Shown here piece after piece: positions 61,102 through 64,000 of a stretch of DNA of 64,000 nt (its first letter is position 1; every line of letters starts with the position of its first letter). Source of the DNA: Eledone cirrhosa (lineage: Eukaryota). Position numbers and translations under genes: made by a program. The stretch covers positions 6,448,001 through 6,512,000 of the forward strand of contig OZ024743.1 of assembly GCA_964016885.1 (NCBI GenBank), in the 5' to 3' direction. Below the pieces are notes generated by a model. The model was not told the origin of the DNA. It saw only the letters and a list, made by a program, of their open reading frames with translations, and searched no databases.

Positions 61102-63675
61102 CTCTTTAGCATTCACATTGAATTGTCAAATGTCATGTTCATCTATTCTCATTATTTTCACTTAATTATACTCAAAAGGGTTATCAATTTTATTTGTTTG
61201 TAATTACTTTAATTTTCTATGTACAGACTTGAAATTTTGTCAGTAGATGTTTAAATAACTATAATTTACAATTATATATTTTTACCTGATTTTTTTTTGT
61301 TAAATTTGACTTTTATGGGCAGGTGAAATTAATTAACAGGTTTAAAAGTAATAACTTTATTGATAAACACAAAAATTTAAACTTTATCTGCCTTACCTGT
61401 TAGATTTGTTGCAAAAACATCCAATAATGACCTAGATGCTGATTTCCATCAATTCCAGCAGTTTTCCGAACAGGTGAATTAATTAAAAATGCAGGTGCAA
61501 GGTTTTAGTCTTTCTCTACATTCCAGGCAAATATTTTCATTGAAAAAAATGTATAAAACCTTTTCACCAGTCAAAATAATATTGGCAATGTACTCTTACA
61601 CAATGTACGGTGTAAATTTACATAACAGAATGTTATGTTCCCAATATATAAGTTCATTAACAGGTGTGATGCAGGTGAATGCACATGTTTTTGTATATGT
61701 GTTCTAATATATTTTTAAAATATTGTTTTCAATATATTGTCAGACAATATTTCTATCGTGATACTGCCCAAAATACCCTTTACATAATGGCACTTTGCAA
61801 AAGGAACACATAAATAGGGTTTGGATTGCGTAACCTTTAACAGTTTTTCTCTTTTGCAAAGAGCACAATCGGCAAACCTTCTTCCTACCATCAATTCTTT
61901 CCACTTTGTGAAAATCAATATTTTCTTTGTGAACCACTGCTAAGTTTGATTTTTTCCCAGCTTTGTGTTTGCGAGAAGTATATCCTCCACGTAGCTGGGA
62001 TGCAATGTCCACGCGAAACTTCATATGACAGTAGTCCTTTGGTGGTGGCGGATCCTTGTGGCTTTTAGTAAATCTAATAAAAAAATTCACAATGGTTAAA
62101 TTCACTAAAAACCACAAGATGTACCTCCACCATTTCTTTCCAGGGCGTCCAACTGGGTAATATGCACAATACTGGTCAGATTTGACAACCCCACCCATAT
62201 ATTTATTGTAGGAGAGGTTAACTAAAGGTTAACCCTCAGCCCCAACACCTGGTTGTTGGTTAGAACTCAGGAACAAAATTTGCCGTTTGTCTTTGAACAC
62301 TGTGGCTAACATGTTCCCTTTTTACATTTGGAGAATGTCCCCTCTGTTTTTCAGTTTCGCAACTTTTATTTCTTGGGGTAGCCCTTTCCGATTGCTCATT
62401 ATTGTGCTGCAGATGTACGTATTTACAAGGGCAAGATCCTCTGCTAAAAGCTCCGAAGAAAAAAAGGGTCAAAATATATGTCTGTGTTGAGAGTGGAAGG
62501 GTTGGGTCAGCGACCACACAACATCGTAACCCAACCCGTGTTTTCTCTCTCCATTATGTTTTTTTCCTGTGTAAACATCAAAGTTTACACAGTATCCTGT
62601 GTCCGATTCACACAGTTCCCACACTTTGATGCCCCATTTGGTGGGTTTAGCTGGCATATACTGTCTGAAATGAACCCTACCCTTATACCCAATCACAGTT
62701 TCATCAACACTAAGATTTTTTCCAGGTATTTACACACTTTTAAATTTTTCCGACAACATTTCAATTAATGGTCGTACTTTGTACAGTGGGTCGTAATTTG
62801 ATTCATTTCTACCAGGGGCATTTGAAGTATCAACCAGGTGCAAATACTGGTTTAATTTGATGAATCTCGTTTTCGCCATAATACTAGATATATAAGGGTC
62901 ACCAAACCTTATATCAGTACTCCAATAATTGGAGTACTGATATAAGGTTTGGTGACCCTTGGAAATTGTTTAATACCAAACATAATATTTATGATAAAAA
63001 ACGCTTTCATTTCAGCAGAATCTGTCGGACGCCATAACAGATCGAGTTTTCCTCGATTAGAAATTTGTTGTTGGGCATAGCGATTTGTCTCTTCTGCCAC
63101 AACTTCGAAGAAAGTTTGTGGTAAAAATTAAAAAAAATAATCCAGGGCTTTAGCATCAGGTGGTAATGTGTGTTGTGGTCCAGTATTTTCAGTAAAATCC
63201 GAAACATGTATTGGTGTTGTTTCTTTCAACCATGTTGCTGTTTTTTCAATGGTGTCAGTCAAATCTTCTCTTTCACTTTCAAAGTAACTATCATCGTCAT
63301 CAGATATATCAGAAATAAATATATCTGATTCGTTGGAAAATAAATCAGTGATATTATCTTCTGTTTCTTTTTGATCTCGAATGTCGTCGGATGTAAAACC
63401 TTCAAATTCGTTGTCGCTACTTTCGGAAGCCATGTTACACTTTCAACGTTAAAAACATGTGTTATTGCAAGTTCTTTAACTATACTAAGAGTTAATTTTC
63501 GCACGTAAGGGCTTTATCTCGCAGTAATTATCACGAATTGACGAAATTTCGATGATGTCAATGTTTATTTTTAGAAGGAGATCTCCATGTGGTATTAAAT
63601 GTCGGTTTTTGTCGGTTTGAATAAATGAAAGGGGACATAATCTTGTTGGTTTTTGTTGGTTTGAGTGCTAAAGGG
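61102..63675 (-). mobile_element. Full-length but frameshifted piggyBac transposon (PGBD4-like)
   Basis: TTAA TSDs (61098-61101 and 63676-63679); TIR c(t/c)ctttagca(t/c)tca; acidic N-terminus MASESSDNEFEGF; SVDE..IGYKGRVHFRQYMPAKPTKWGIKVW; YNKYMGGV..SDQ; C-terminal Cys-rich domain; multiple frameshifts. Confidence 0.95.
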
Positions 63676-64000
63676 TTAAAGGATTGGTCAAGAGTTCAGA
63701 TGGGGGTGGCAAAGGGGGAAAATATAAGCTAGAGACAATTGCTATAGGGGAGAGAGGTAAATGAGAGAGGCAAATGGGATTGTCAAAAGAAATTATATTT
63801 TAGGAATATGGTTTTAGAAAGTATCAGTGTGTATATAAACATGTGTGTGTCTTATTGTAAGTGTGATGGAATCAAAACTTAGAGCAATATTTTTGGAGAC
63901 ACATGTATATACATATATATATATCGTCCCCATGTATATACATATATATATATATATATATCATCCCCCACCTCCTACTCTCAAGCGTGAACCTAATACT

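Noticed and set aside
61740-63433. Domesticated PGBD gene
   Set aside because: Multiple frameshifts and stops, an internal fold-back insertion, and retained TIRs/TTAA indicate a dead transposon.

Overview
AT-rich, repeat-dense eukaryotic (animal) DNA. The SINE/RTE repertoire and (TA)n/(CA)n density suggest a cephalopod, probably an octopus (inference). The window is the interior of one + strand gene, a divergent Slo2/KCNT (potassium channel subfamily T) gene. I recovered 12 GT-AG exons (677-46897, about 496 codons) that splice in frame and run from about S2 through the TTVGYGD pore and RCK1, plus one or two weaker candidate exons near 57.5 kb. The introns hold three near-identical young RTE LINE copies with a PHD-type finger inside the RT, two of them forming a 1.9 kb inverted pair. 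They also hold a decayed piggyBac with MITEs, a mariner, Tc2/pogo-like MITEs, two Helitrons, many tRNA-derived SINEs and several near-perfect fold-back palindromes. The strongest novelty candidate is a Penelope-like element (Naiad-type) at about 53.35-56.12 kb (- strand) with two tandem, divergent zinc-finger + GIY-YIG endonuclease modules; the second module is absent from the ORF track. It also carries a type I hammerhead ribozyme with a U3:A8 core. About ten further hammerhead motifs, some intact and some decayed, lie in Penelope-type termini in or near (TA)n tracts, several on the sense strand of the channel pre-mRNA. All calls come from manual reading and translation; no searches were run.
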